Source: Candidatus Eiseniibacteriota bacterium (GTDB lineage Bacteria > Orphanbacterota > Orphanbacteria > Orphanbacterales > Orphanbacteraceae). From it: a stretch of 64,000 nt of DNA. The notes below the pieces were generated by a model. That model saw only the letters and a program-made list of their open reading frames with translations, was not told the DNA's origin and did no database searches. The translations under genes were made by a program, and so were the position numbers. Below, piece after piece: positions 39,177-52,385 of the stretch (within the stretch, counting starts at the first letter, position 1; every line of letters starts with the position of its first letter). Location: positions 24,173 through 88,172 of the forward strand of contig JAJRWB010000012.1 of NCBI GenBank assembly GCA_024276995.1, in the 5' to 3' direction.

Positions 39177-39680
39177 ATGGATAATCTGTTAGCCATAAAC
39201 CCGGGGCTCATGATCTGGACCATCGTGAGCTTCCTGATATTCGTCTTCCTTCTCCGGAAGCTGGCATGGGGACCGATCATGAGCGGTCTCGACATGCGGG
39301 AGAAGGGTATCCGCGACTCGATCGAGCAGGCGGAGCGGAATCGGGAGGAGTCGGAGAAGATTCTCGATGAGCAGAAAGAGGCGCTTCGCCGCACGCACGA
39401 GGAAGCGAAGGAAATGATCGCCCGATCGCGAGATTCCGCGGAGAAAGAGGGGAACCGGATCATCGAAAAGGCCCGGAAAGAGGGCGACGATCTCATCGAA
39501 AGGGCGAGGGCGGAGATTCGGTCGGAAGAGCGGCGTGCCGTGGAGGAAGTTCGTCGCCAAGCGGTCGACATCGCCCTCGACGCGGCGGGCAGACTGATAC
39601 GGAAATCACTCGAAACCGAGGATCACCGGCGGATCGTGGAAGATTTCATCGCCCGGCTCGGCTCGGAGCGCGATTCGTGA
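39177..39680 (+). CDS. atpF: ATP synthase Fo subunit b
   Basis: INPGLMIWT, LAWGPI...RE..I, coiled coil. Confidence 0.95.
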   Translation: MDNLLAINPGLMIWTIVSFLIFVFLLRKLAWGPIMSGLDMREKGIRDSIEQAERNREESEKILDEQKEALRRTHEEAKEMIARSRDSAEKEGNRIIEKARKEGDDLIERARAEIRSEERRAVEEVRRQAVDIALDAAGRLIRKSLETEDHRRIVEDFIARLGSERDS

Positions 39681-40240
39681 GCACTTTCGGCGGAGCGATA
39701 GGGCGTGTCTACGCCGCGGCGCTTTACGAACTGGCCCGCGACGGTGGTGCCCTCGAGGAGCGACTCGAGGAAGTGCGCGCCCTGGCGGGGGTGATCGACC
39801 GGGAAAAGGGTCTTCGAGAAATCCTCACCTCGCCGCGGATCTCTGTGGCGGAAAAGGAGAGGCTGGTCTCCGATGTGATGGGGCCGGGCGTCTCGACGGA
39901 ACTTAAGAACCTCGTGAATCTGCTGATCGGGCGAAACAGGCACTTCTTCCTGCGCGAAATCCTCGAGACGTTCGTGGAGATCTACCGGGAAGAGAAGGGG
40001 CAGATCAAGGCGAAGGTCACCACCGCCTTGCCTCTCGACGACGAAACGGCCGGCCGCCTCGCGGCGGCGCTCGGTTCGCGCACCGGGAGGGAGGTTTTGT
40101 TCGACAGGAGTGTCGATGCCGGCCTGGTGGGCGGTGTCGTCATACGCTACGGCGATTACATCGTGGACGGCAGTTTGAAAACACGGATACGCAAGATGAA
40201 GGAAAGCCTCCTCGAAACCACAGATCAACAAGGGAGCTAG
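39677..40240 (+). CDS. atpH: ATP synthase F1 delta
   Basis: [35 protein letters not shown]. Confidence 0.95.
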   Translation: MSTFGGAIGRVYAAALYELARDGGALEERLEEVRALAGVIDREKGLREILTSPRISVAEKERLVSDVMGPGVSTELKNLVNLLIGRNRHFFLREILETFVEIYREEKGQIKAKVTTALPLDDETAGRLAAALGSRTGREVLFDRSVDAGLVGGVVIRYGDYIVDGSLKTRIRKMKESLLETTDQQGS

Positions 40241-40248
40241 GCGTTCAG

Positions 40249-41769
<1,521 letters not shown>

Positions 41770-41778
41770 CACCAGACC

Positions 41779-44095
<2,317 letters not shown>

Positions 44096-44359
44096 ATGGA
44101 AAGAGAGCTGCACTGCGAAATCCTCTCTCCCGACGGGAGCGTTTGGTCGGGAGAGGCCGTCATGGTGGTGGCCACTGCCGTCGACGGGCAGCTGGGTATC
44201 CTCTTCAACCACGCCCCCCTCGTTACCGCCCTCGGCGACGGCCCGCTCCGGCTCAAGTCGGCCGACGGGTCGGAGAGAAAGTACGTCGCCCATGGCGGCT
44301 TTCTCGAAGTGTTCCGCAACCGGGTGACCGTGCTGACCGACAAGATCGAGGAAGGATAG
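44096..44359 (+). CDS. atpC: ATP synthase F1 epsilon (short, N-terminal beta domain only)
   Basis: ILSPDG, GQLGILFNHAPL, GGFLEV..N.VTVL; 87 aa. Confidence 0.92.
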   Translation: MERELHCEILSPDGSVWSGEAVMVVATAVDGQLGILFNHAPLVTALGDGPLRLKSADGSERKYVAHGGFLEVFRNRVTVLTDKIEEG

Positions 44360-44386
44360 CCCCGCCGCGGTGCTCGTATCCGCGAT

Positions 44387-45790
44387 CTACCTGACGAGCA
44401 CGACCCGTCCGCCGGCCGGCGACCGATCGGAACGGACGGGCCGATAGAAATAGACTCCCGCTCCCGCGTCGTCCCCACCGTCGGTACGCCCGTCCCACAC
44501 GAACGAATCATTTCCTTCCAGGCGCCTGACGAGCCTTCCCGCCGGGTCATAGATATCGATTTCCCGCACCTCGTCGCCCGGTCGGCGGAAGAAGAGTTCC
44601 GTGCTCGAGCGAAAGGGATTCGGCTGCGCCCACGAGGCGCGATTCGCGGGGAATGAACCGGCCTCCCCGGAGCCGGCGATTCCCACGTCGATCGGGCTTA
44701 CTACTACGAGATCGAACGGCGGAAGGCCGGTCGAAATCGGGCTCGTCGTCAGTTCGGTTTCGGAAACGGTGTTCACCACCCGAACGCCGGGGGAAACGGC
44801 GTCCCTGTCGGCGAGAAAGAGAAGAGACGACGAATCGTCGTATTCGAGGTCCGAAACGAATCCGGTGGTGGAGAGAATCGTGCCGAGCTTCGCTCCGGTG
44901 GCGACGGAGACGGTGACAAGCTGGTTGGTATAGAAGAAATCGGACGACACGATCGCATACGCCGTGTTTCCCGCCATGGCGAACGGTCCGACGTCGCCGC
45001 CGAGATCGGTTTCGGTGGTGACCCATCCTTCCGATGCGAGGCTGTTCGTATTCACCTTTTCAATCCCCCCGTCATTCACGCCGTATGCGCCGAGGAGCGA
45101 GACATAGAGCGCCGCGCCCGCCGAGTCGAGCGTCATCTGGCCGTTCGGGTTCCCCGCGGAAAGAGAGATCGCCTGGGTGCCTGGAAGAGAACCGTCGGCG
45201 TCGACGGTGAGATTCGTGGTGATATCGATCACGGCGATCATCCCGGGAACGACGGGAGTCCAGAAGTTATTCCTGTCGAGCCGTTGAAGCTGGACGAAGA
45301 GCAGGTCGCCGCGTCGCGCCATGCGGCTCATCTCGGGAAGGCCATCGGTGTCGGCGAAAGGGGACAGATCGATCGAATCGATCACCGCTCCGGTGGCGGG
45401 ATTCATTTCGTAGAGCCACGCCGACTCGTAGCGCGATACGTACGAGCGCGACGGGTCGATCACCACGATATCCTGGGGGTTGCTTCCCGGTCCGGTCGAC
45501 ACCTCCGACTGCGTGGCGAACGAGAGCGCTGGGTCGAGAATCTGGATGTTGTCCGCCAAGGAACGGTTGAGAACGTACAGCTTTTCCCCGGCGTAGCGGA
45601 CAACGGGATCGGAGCCGACCGCCTGGAGACCGGTGGCGGTGGTGAACGCCGAGTCGATCTGAATGGTCGCGCAGTTGCCGCTCGTCTCGTACGCGGTGGT
45701 CACCGAAAAGAGAAAGGGCTGCGTGGCGGCGACGCTCGGCGTGGCGGCAAAAAGGAGCGCCGCGGCGAGAATCGTTTTGTTTCGGGTCAT
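44387..45790 (-). CDS. exported YncE/BtuG-like beta-propeller protein with FlgD/T9SS-type C-terminal domain
   Basis: Signal peptide; LYVLNR, GSNPQDI, YVSRY repeats; C-terminal PNPF...IYDPAGRLVRRL...WDG...GVYF; follows the TonB receptor. Confidence 0.7.
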   Translation of the reverse strand: MTRNKTILAAALLFAATPSVAATQPFLFSVTTAYETSGNCATIQIDSAFTTATGLQAVGSDPVVRYAGEKLYVLNRSLADNIQILDPALSFATQSEVSTGPGSNPQDIVVIDPSRSYVSRYESAWLYEMNPATGAVIDSIDLSPFADTDGLPEMSRMARRGDLLFVQLQRLDRNNFWTPVVPGMIAVIDITTNLTVDADGSLPGTQAISLSAGNPNGQMTLDSAGAALYVSLLGAYGVNDGGIEKVNTNSLASEGWVTTETDLGGDVGPFAMAGNTAYAIVSSDFFYTNQLVTVSVATGAKLGTILSTTGFVSDLEYDDSSSLLFLADRDAVSPGVRVVNTVSETELTTSPISTGLPPFDLVVVSPIDVGIAGSGEAGSFPANRASWAQPNPFRSSTELFFRRPGDEVREIDIYDPAGRLVRRLEGNDSFVWDGRTDGGDDAGAGVYFYRPVRSDRSPAGGRVVLVR

Positions 45791-45795
45791 GTGAA

Positions 45796-47862
45796 TCATC
45801 CTTTCGTGTTCTTCTGCCGGCGAAACTGAGTGGTCATGTAGACCGTCCTGCCGGGCATGGGATAGCCGAAGGCGTCGTCGGAACGGACGTCGCCGATATT
45901 CTGCACATCGATGTCGACGATGAATCGGGATTGGTGGAAGCGGCACTCGATGCCGGCGCCGTGGTACGCTCTTGCCTCGGCGCGATCGATGTCGGTGTTC
46001 GCCCTGTCCCGGAACCATCCGTCGTGATAATCGTATTCGTAACGCGCGCTGAACCGCCCCACGTCCCAGGAGAGCCGCCCGTAGAACTCGCGGGGGGATA
46101 CGTACGGGAGCCACTTTCCTTCCCAGAGGGAGACGGTGCCGGTATGGCGGGCATCCTGGGTGGTGAACGATCCGCTCGCCCGGAACCGTCTTCCCACGCG
46201 CAGGTTCGCTTCGACCTCCACGCCGCGCACCACGGCGTCTTCGAGATTCCGGGCGACGAAGTTTCTCTGCGAGTTCTGGACGAAGTAGATGAGCGAATCC
46301 CGGGTCGATCGATAGGCGCTCAACTCGAGCCGGCCCGTGATCCTTCCCGGCGCACTCTTTTCGATGATCAGTCCGCCGTCCCACGTGACCCCCTCTTCGG
46401 GAACGAGCATCGTGTTGCTCCTCACCTCGCCGTCGGTTCCGAAAATCTCGAAGAGCGTGGGGAAGCGGGCATACTCGGTGCGCGCCGCCCGCACGGTGAG
46501 GAGCGAAGAAAGGCGTCCGGTCATGCCGAAGCTGAAACCATGGAACCGTGTCGTATGGGCGTCGTCGTTCTCGATCGGCGGGCGGCCGAACGGCGGGGGA
46601 CCGAAGTAGTTGTCCTTTCCCGTCATGCTCCGCCATGAGGCGAATAGCTTCAACCGGTCCGACAGGTATGCGGCCTGGTCTTCCACCGACAGATCGACCC
46701 TGTCGCGTCGGCGTTCGAACGATCGGGCCGCGGCGGTCGCCTCCTCGGGAAGGAAGCTCTCGGCGCGCCCCTCGAGAACTACGGTCCACTGCTGGTTCGC
46801 CTCGAACCAGAATCCGGTGGCCACCGCCCGAGCGCCCAGGGTTTTCGAGTTCTGGACCACGTCGTTCCGGTTGAGACCGCTCTCGTTCGCCGGGTTGTAG
46901 TACCTGTCCCGGCGGGAGATCGAGTAGCCGGTGAAATCGAGCTGAAGCCTGTGGGCGACCAGCTCCGGCGACTCGATAGTGGCGGATGTCATGTGGCGCC
47001 TATGATCGGCCGAGGCTTCTTTGTATATCAAATTCCCGTGTCCGGGGATGCCGTTCTCCTTCAGGAGCCAGTCGTCGTGTAGCCGGACTTGCCAGCCCGA
47101 CACGGGGGCGAAGCTGATCCGGGTCATCATGTTGTTCTCGGTGAAGCGGTTGTTTCCTCTCGCCATGACCGTGTCGTCCGTGCCGTTGAGGAATCGCGTG
47201 CCCGGGTCGTAGAGGAAGAGGAAGTCGCCGTCCGACCGGAGCCGTCTGAGAGAGACGATATACTCCGTCTCTCCGACACGGCCCGACTGCATCGCCGTTG
47301 TCTTCCATGTGTTGTAGCTTCCCGCCGTGACGGAAAGGGCCGTCGAACCGTCTCCGGCGGACCGGCTTCTCAGATCGATCACCCCGCCGATGCCCGAGGT
47401 GCCGAGAAACGCGGGCGCGCCGCTTCGATACACCGTGGCGGTGGAGAGATGATCGAGGGGGAGTTCCGACAGATCGGTGGTGCCCCATTGGGCGGAGTTG
47501 AGTGGAACGCCGTCGAGATAGATCTCCACCTGTCCCGGAGAGCTCGCCCGTATCGATGCGGTGGTAAACGAGCCGAGGGAACCGTAGCGGCGAACGTGGA
47601 TCCCGGCGGCCCTCTCGATCACGTCGGCCACCGAGAGCATTCGGCGGCTTTCTTCCTCGATATCGAGCACGGTAGCGAAATACGGCGAATCGCCGGCGCC
47701 TTCACCGGTGATCGGCCTGCCCGGTACGCGGATCGTATCGGTCACCACGGGCGGAGCTTCGCCGCCGCCGTCGGGAGAGACGGCACCCGCGGGGAAAGCG
47801 AAAAGGATGATCGCGCACGGCGGAATCCACGCCGCCGTGCGGGCGAACCGGAAAAGCGTCAT
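45796..47862 (-). CDS. TonB-dependent receptor, probably for cobalamin (BtuB-like)
   Basis: Signal peptide, TonB box-like DTIRV, plug SIRAS...IYLDGVPLN...GGVIDL, C-terminal GYPMPGRT; downstream of a cobalamin riboswitch. Confidence 0.88.
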   Translation of the reverse strand: MTLFRFARTAAWIPPCAIILFAFPAGAVSPDGGGEAPPVVTDTIRVPGRPITGEGAGDSPYFATVLDIEEESRRMLSVADVIERAAGIHVRRYGSLGSFTTASIRASSPGQVEIYLDGVPLNSAQWGTTDLSELPLDHLSTATVYRSGAPAFLGTSGIGGVIDLRSRSAGDGSTALSVTAGSYNTWKTTAMQSGRVGETEYIVSLRRLRSDGDFLFLYDPGTRFLNGTDDTVMARGNNRFTENNMMTRISFAPVSGWQVRLHDDWLLKENGIPGHGNLIYKEASADHRRHMTSATIESPELVAHRLQLDFTGYSISRRDRYYNPANESGLNRNDVVQNSKTLGARAVATGFWFEANQQWTVVLEGRAESFLPEEATAAARSFERRRDRVDLSVEDQAAYLSDRLKLFASWRSMTGKDNYFGPPPFGRPPIENDDAHTTRFHGFSFGMTGRLSSLLTVRAARTEYARFPTLFEIFGTDGEVRSNTMLVPEEGVTWDGGLIIEKSAPGRITGRLELSAYRSTRDSLIYFVQNSQRNFVARNLEDAVVRGVEVEANLRVGRRFRASGSFTTQDARHTGTVSLWEGKWLPYVSPREFYGRLSWDVGRFSARYEYDYHDGWFRDRANTDIDRAEARAYHGAGIECRFHQSRFIVDIDVQNIGDVRSDDAFGYPMPGRTVYMTTQFRRQKNTKG

Positions 47863-47909
47863 GAGAACGCTCGATGCAGCCGGGACGGGAACGCCCGCGC
47901 GGGAGTTCC

Positions 47910-47939
47910 AAGAGAAAACCGAGGGGGATGGCGCCTCGG
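47910..47939 (-). terminator. candidate riboswitch-controlled terminator
   Basis: CCGAGG-N9-CCTCGG followed by TTTTCTCTT, between the aptamer and the ATG. Confidence 0.5.
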
Positions 47940-47991
47940 GGATCGTCGACCCCGCGGCGGCCTTTCCACGAGCCGGCTGCGGTTCCCGATC

Positions 47992-48137
47992 CTCCGAGAA
48001 GGTCTTCTGACTTCCGGTTCACCCTACTTTCCGCGCCTTCCCGCGAATACTCTTCGCAGTGGCCTACAGCGGATTTCGTCACCGGTTACAGCGGCGGGCC
48101 CGCAACGGATTCGCACCGTTTTCCCTGAGCCCGGAGA
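47992..48137 (-). ncRNA. cobalamin riboswitch
   Basis: Minus strand AGGGAA-AACGGTGCGAATCCGTT-GCGGGCCCGCCGCTGTAA...GCCACTG...CGGGAAGG...AAGTCAGAAGACC (B12 box). Confidence 0.95.
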
Positions 48138-48158
48138 ATCGTATGTATTGCGAGGAAG

Positions 48159-48188
48159 AGCTTAGGACGGTGCGCAGCCGCGTGTCAA
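48159..48188 (-). promoter_or_regulatory. sigma70 promoter for the riboswitch/TonB receptor transcript
   Basis: TTGACA-N18-TAAGCT directly upstream of the aptamer. Confidence 0.6.
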
Positions 48189-48268
48189 GAACGATTCGCC
48201 ACCCCGGACGGAAGCCGGCCGATACCGGTGACGGCGCGGGCGGGGCGCCCGCGCTGCGCCATCGCCGG

Positions 48269-48526
48269 CTACGATTCCGAATCGATCTCGAAGAGGTCGA
48301 GCAGCTTCTTGAGAAACGCGCCGTCCGGCTCGCGGATCGGGACGCGGTAGATTACGGCATCCGCAACGCCCGGCGCCTTTCCTCCGCCCTGCTCGTTCCT
48401 CCACGCGGCGGAGATGCCGGCCACCGACCATTCGCCGATCCAGGCGGTCGCCCTCTCGGGGATATCGACGATGCCGGTGCGCAGCAGCGCGAAGATGATG
48501 AGTGCGAGAGAGAGAATGCGCTTCAT
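48269..48526 (-). CDS. small hypothetical protein with N-terminal signal/anchor (85 aa)
   Basis: MKRILSLALIIFALL; GGAGG SD 8 nt upstream. Confidence 0.6.
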   Translation of the reverse strand: MKRILSLALIIFALLRTGIVDIPERATAWIGEWSVAGISAAWRNEQGGGKAPGVADAVIYRVPIREPDGAFLKKLLDLFEIDSES

Positions 48527-48555
48527 GATGAAAACCTCCGTTGCCCCACCCGGTT

Positions 48556-48571
48556 TGCAACCGGTGTGCCG
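48556..48571 (-). promoter_or_regulatory. sigma54 (-24/-12) promoter
   Basis: CGGCACACCGGTTGCA = GG-N10-GC with GGCAC and TTGCA consensus halves. Confidence 0.65.
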
Positions 48572-48882
48572 CCGGGCATTCATCACGATTGACCGCGATC
48601 GATCCGTTTTGCCCACCGGAGACGACACGGATGGACCATATGGAACGACGCCCCGCGGGGACCGGACGAAACGGTTGGCGCCGGCCACGGCCGATGCCGC
48701 CCACACATATCCTCGATCCCCATGGACGGAAGAGCGATTCGAGACTATGATCGAGTAACGCGAGGAAGGGAGCGCCTCCGGCAGATCGGAGCGCATCGCC
48801 GCCGATCCGGGGGACGGATTCACCCTCGCCGCATGAGTCGATTCCATGCCCCTGCAAGAAACGAAAGAGACGTTCGCGCATA

Positions 48883-49437
48883 TTGCCGTTTCTCGCGAGG
48901 TCGTACCGGACAGCCGCCGCGGCGGCGATCGTCCTCGCACTTTCCATGTCCGCCGCACTCGCCGACCCGGCGCAGATCGGAACACGGGCGCCCCTTTTCA
49001 CGGAGGTTACCCTGACGGGCGACACGCTCTCCCTCGGCGATCTTCGGGGAAAAGTCGTGCTCCTCGATTTCTGGGCGAGCTGGTGCGCGCCGTGCCGCAA
49101 GGAGATGCCCTTCCTCGTCAAGCTCCGAAACTCGCACAGCGATGTTCCGTTCGAAATCGTCGCGGTGAACGTCGATAAAAAGGTGAAGAATGCGAAGAGA
49201 TTCCTCGCCCGTCTCGATCGAAAGCCGCGTTTCCCGATCGTCCTCGATGCGGCGATGAAGCTTCCACCCCTCTACCGGTTGAAGGCGATGCCGACGACGC
49301 TCTTCATCGACCGCGCGGGCGTGATCCGGTTCCGGCACAAGGGATTCGCCGAATCGGAGGAGGAAGAATTCGGAAAGGAACTCGAAGAGCTTCTCGCCGA
49401 ACGGGCGACGATGCCCGGGGAGGAAGAAGCGCGCTGA
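48883..49437 (+). CDS. TlpA/ResA-family thiol-disulfide oxidoreductase, exported
   Basis: GKVVLLDFWASWCAPCRKEMP, MPTTLFID; signal peptide; start approximate. Confidence 0.9.
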   Translation: MPFLARSYRTAAAAAIVLALSMSAALADPAQIGTRAPLFTEVTLTGDTLSLGDLRGKVVLLDFWASWCAPCRKEMPFLVKLRNSHSDVPFEIVAVNVDKKVKNAKRFLARLDRKPRFPIVLDAAMKLPPLYRLKAMPTTLFIDRAGVIRFRHKGFAESEEEEFGKELEELLAERATMPGEEEAR

Positions 49438-49481
49438 CGGCGACATTCCGCCGCCTGAAAAGTCGGTTATGGTTCGGCCGA

Positions 49482-52367
49482 GTGACGCGCCGGACCCGAT
49501 ACGTATTCCCTGCACTCATCGCGGCGCTCCTCGTGTTTCCCGCCTCGCCCGCGGCGCTCACCCCGCTCCCTTCCGGCGATGGGAGGTACGACGACGCGGG
49601 AAGAACGCTCTTCGCCGGCGGCGAAATCCTCTTTGTAGAAATCACCATCGATTCGGCGGACCTTGCCGACCTGCTCGCCGATCCCCACGCGAACGAATAC
49701 AAGAAATGCTCCGCCCGGTTCCACAACTCCTTCTTCGACGAGACCATCGGGAATGTCGGGATCCGTGTGCGCGGGAACACATCGCGCGACGGGCGGAAGA
49801 AATCGTGGAAGATCCGGTTCAACGCATTCGAAAAGGGAAGGAGGTTTCACGGCGTCGAGAAGATGAACCTCAACGGCGACAGGAACGATCCTTCCCTCGT
49901 CCGCTCGAAGCTCGCGTGGGACCTGATGCGCGCCGCGCGCATCCCTTCGTCGAGGACGAACCATGTTTATCTGACGATCAACTACGGCGCCGATGTCCGT
50001 GGTGTGTTCCTCAACGTGGAGCAGGTCGACGATCTTATGATGAAATCGTGGTTCGGTAACGACGGCGGTTCGCTCTACAAGTGCGCCTACAAAACCGACC
50101 GCGCCGATTTGCGCTATCGTGCGCCGGGAGACGGTGGTGCGTACAGGAACCTCGGCGGCGGGAAGACGTACGACGAGAAGAACCTCGACGATCCCGACTA
50201 CGAGGATCTCGCGGCGTTCATCGGCTTCATCGACGGCGCGACGGATGAAGAATTCGCCGCCCGGCTCGGCGAATGGATTCATCTCGACACGTTCCTGCGC
50301 GCCATGGCGGCGGACATCGTTCTCGGGAGTTGGGACGACTACTGGTTCGGCGCGAACAACTACTATCTCTATCACAACGAAGAGACAGGCCTGTTCGAAT
50401 ACATCCCGTACGATCTCGACAACACGTACGGCGTCGACTTCTTCGGCATCGACTGGTCCCGCCGGCTCTTCAGCGGCTGGGGGACGGGAGGGTTCGGCAG
50501 CATTGGCGACAGCGCGCCTCCTTTGATGACGAGGGTGATGTCGATCGGCGCGTTCCGGGACGAGATCCGCTGGTACGCGAGGGAAATCGCGGCCCATTCG
50601 TTCATCGTCCCGCTGAGAAGGGGAAAGATCGATGAACTCCGAAGCATGCTGGAGCCGTATGCCTTCCGGGGGGCCTTTTCCGGATCGACGATGGACAACG
50701 GCTACACGAACGAGGTCTTTCGCGCCGCCTTCGATCTCCCCGCCTCGTTCGCCGACAGCCCGACGCCGTGGGACTACGGTATCAAACCGTTCATCGAGAA
50801 TCGGTCGACTTTCGTCACCACGGCGTATTCGCCCCCCGTTCGGCCGCGCGTGAGAATCAGCGAACTGCTCGCACGGAACCGTTCGGGCGATCGGGACGAA
50901 GCGGGCGAGCGGGAAGACTGGGTGGAGCTTCAGAATTTCGGCGCGTCGCGCGTCGAGCTGGGGGGGATGTATCTCACCGACGATCCCGCCAGGCCGAAGA
51001 TGTGGCGCGTTCCCGACGGCACATCGATCCCGTCGTCCGGGTATCTCCGTTTCTGGTGCGACGGGGAGGAAGAGGATGGGCCGCTCCACACGTCGTTCCG
51101 GCTCGACGCGGACGGAGACGGCGTCGCCCTCTTCTTCGACGACGCAAGGCTCAACCTCCTCGTCGACTACATCGACTACGAGCGTCTCGGTCCGGACATC
51201 TCGTGGGGACGAAACCCGGAAGGAGACGGTTTGTCGCCCGTCTACATGGCCCGCCCGACGCCGGGCGCGGCAAACGTCTATTCGGGAAACATCGCGCCTT
51301 TCATCGAGGAGGTTCGCGTCGATCCCCCGTCGCCCCGGGAAAACGAAGCGCCGGTGATCACGGCGCGGATCACCGATCTCGATGGATCGGTGGTTTCGGC
51401 GCGCGTCTTCTTTCGCCCCGGCGGAGACGAGGGAAGCGCGCCCCTCGCCGATGACGGTGCCGGCGCCGACGGCGTGGCGGGCGACGGCGTCTTCACCAGC
51501 CGTGCCGGCGCGTATGGAGAAGGAACGTTCGTGGGCTACTGGATCGAGGCGACCGACGACAGCGCCGCCGTCGCCTTCTCCCCGCGAGACGCTCCATCCG
51601 ATAGGCACGGTTACCAGGTCGATTACATCCGCCCGGCGTTATTCATCAATGAAGTGTTCGCCGCGGGCGACACCACACCCGGCACCGGCGACTGGGTCGA
51701 GCTTTTCAACGGCGGCGCTTCGTTGATTTCGCTGGCCGGGTTGACGCTCAGTGATCGCCTCGACGAACCGGATCGTTTCGTCTTGCCCGATCTCCTTCTC
51801 GAGCCGGGGGGATTCCTCCTCGTCCGGTGCGAGGGCCGGCCTGAACGGGGCGAACTGCATGCGCCGTTCCGTCTCGCATCGGCGGGGGGCGGCGTCGGAC
51901 TCTTCGCGCCGGCCGCGGCGGGAAGAGTCGTGGTGGATACGGTCACCTACGCGGGGCATGGGGCGGGCGAATCGTACCGGCGGCGACAGGACGGTGGGGC
52001 CGACTGGCTGAAAGGAACGGGTGCGACGCCCGGCGCGACGAACGGCGGCGACTCGATCTTCCCCGAGCCGTGGCGCGACGGTTCGCGGCCTTTCACCGTC
52101 TGGCCGAACCCAGCGCCGCCGGCGTTTTCCGACGTGATCCTCGCCTTCCGCCTCCCCGCGACCGGGCGTGTGAGGGTGCGGCTCTACGACGTGGCGGGCC
52201 GCGAGAAAGTCGTCGCCCTCGACGGCGTCTTCGGCCCGGGCGACCATCGCGTGCGGTGGGAAGCGGCGGCGGGCATGGACGGGATCGGCGTGGCGCCCGG
52301 CGTCTATCTCCTCAGGCTCGAGGCGAACGGAAAGCACGAATCGACGCGCATCACGATTCTCCCGTGA
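49482..52367 (+). CDS. exported CotH-family kinase with two lamin-tail domains and a FlgD/T9SS-type CTD
   Basis: GIRVRGNTSR..KKSWKI.FN, NVEQVD, NNYYLY, IPYDLDNTYG; ISELLA...DWVEL twice; DDG...D..AGDGVF; PNP...LYDVAGR...PGVYLLRL. Confidence 0.88.
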   Translation: MTRRTRYVFPALIAALLVFPASPAALTPLPSGDGRYDDAGRTLFAGGEILFVEITIDSADLADLLADPHANEYKKCSARFHNSFFDETIGNVGIRVRGNTSRDGRKKSWKIRFNAFEKGRRFHGVEKMNLNGDRNDPSLVRSKLAWDLMRAARIPSSRTNHVYLTINYGADVRGVFLNVEQVDDLMMKSWFGNDGGSLYKCAYKTDRADLRYRAPGDGGAYRNLGGGKTYDEKNLDDPDYEDLAAFIGFIDGATDEEFAARLGEWIHLDTFLRAMAADIVLGSWDDYWFGANNYYLYHNEETGLFEYIPYDLDNTYGVDFFGIDWSRRLFSGWGTGGFGSIGDSAPPLMTRVMSIGAFRDEIRWYAREIAAHSFIVPLRRGKIDELRSMLEPYAFRGAFSGSTMDNGYTNEVFRAAFDLPASFADSPTPWDYGIKPFIENRSTFVTTAYSPPVRPRVRISELLARNRSGDRDEAGEREDWVELQNFGASRVELGGMYLTDDPARPKMWRVPDGTSIPSSGYLRFWCDGEEEDGPLHTSFRLDADGDGVALFFDDARLNLLVDYIDYERLGPDISWGRNPEGDGLSPVYMARPTPGAANVYSGNIAPFIEEVRVDPPSPRENEAPVITARITDLDGSVVSARVFFRPGGDEGSAPLADDGAGADGVAGDGVFTSRAGAYGEGTFVGYWIEATDDSAAVAFSPRDAPSDRHGYQVDYIRPALFINEVFAAGDTTPGTGDWVELFNGGASLISLAGLTLSDRLDEPDRFVLPDLLLEPGGFLLVRCEGRPERGELHAPFRLASAGGGVGLFAPAAAGRVVVDTVTYAGHGAGESYRRRQDGGADWLKGTGATPGATNGGDSIFPEPWRDGSRPFTVWPNPAPPAFSDVILAFRLPATGRVRVRLYDVAGREKVVALDGVFGPGDHRVRWEAAAGMDGIGVAPGVYLLRLEANGKHESTRITILP

Positions 52368-52385
52368 CGCGGCGGCGCTCACCGC

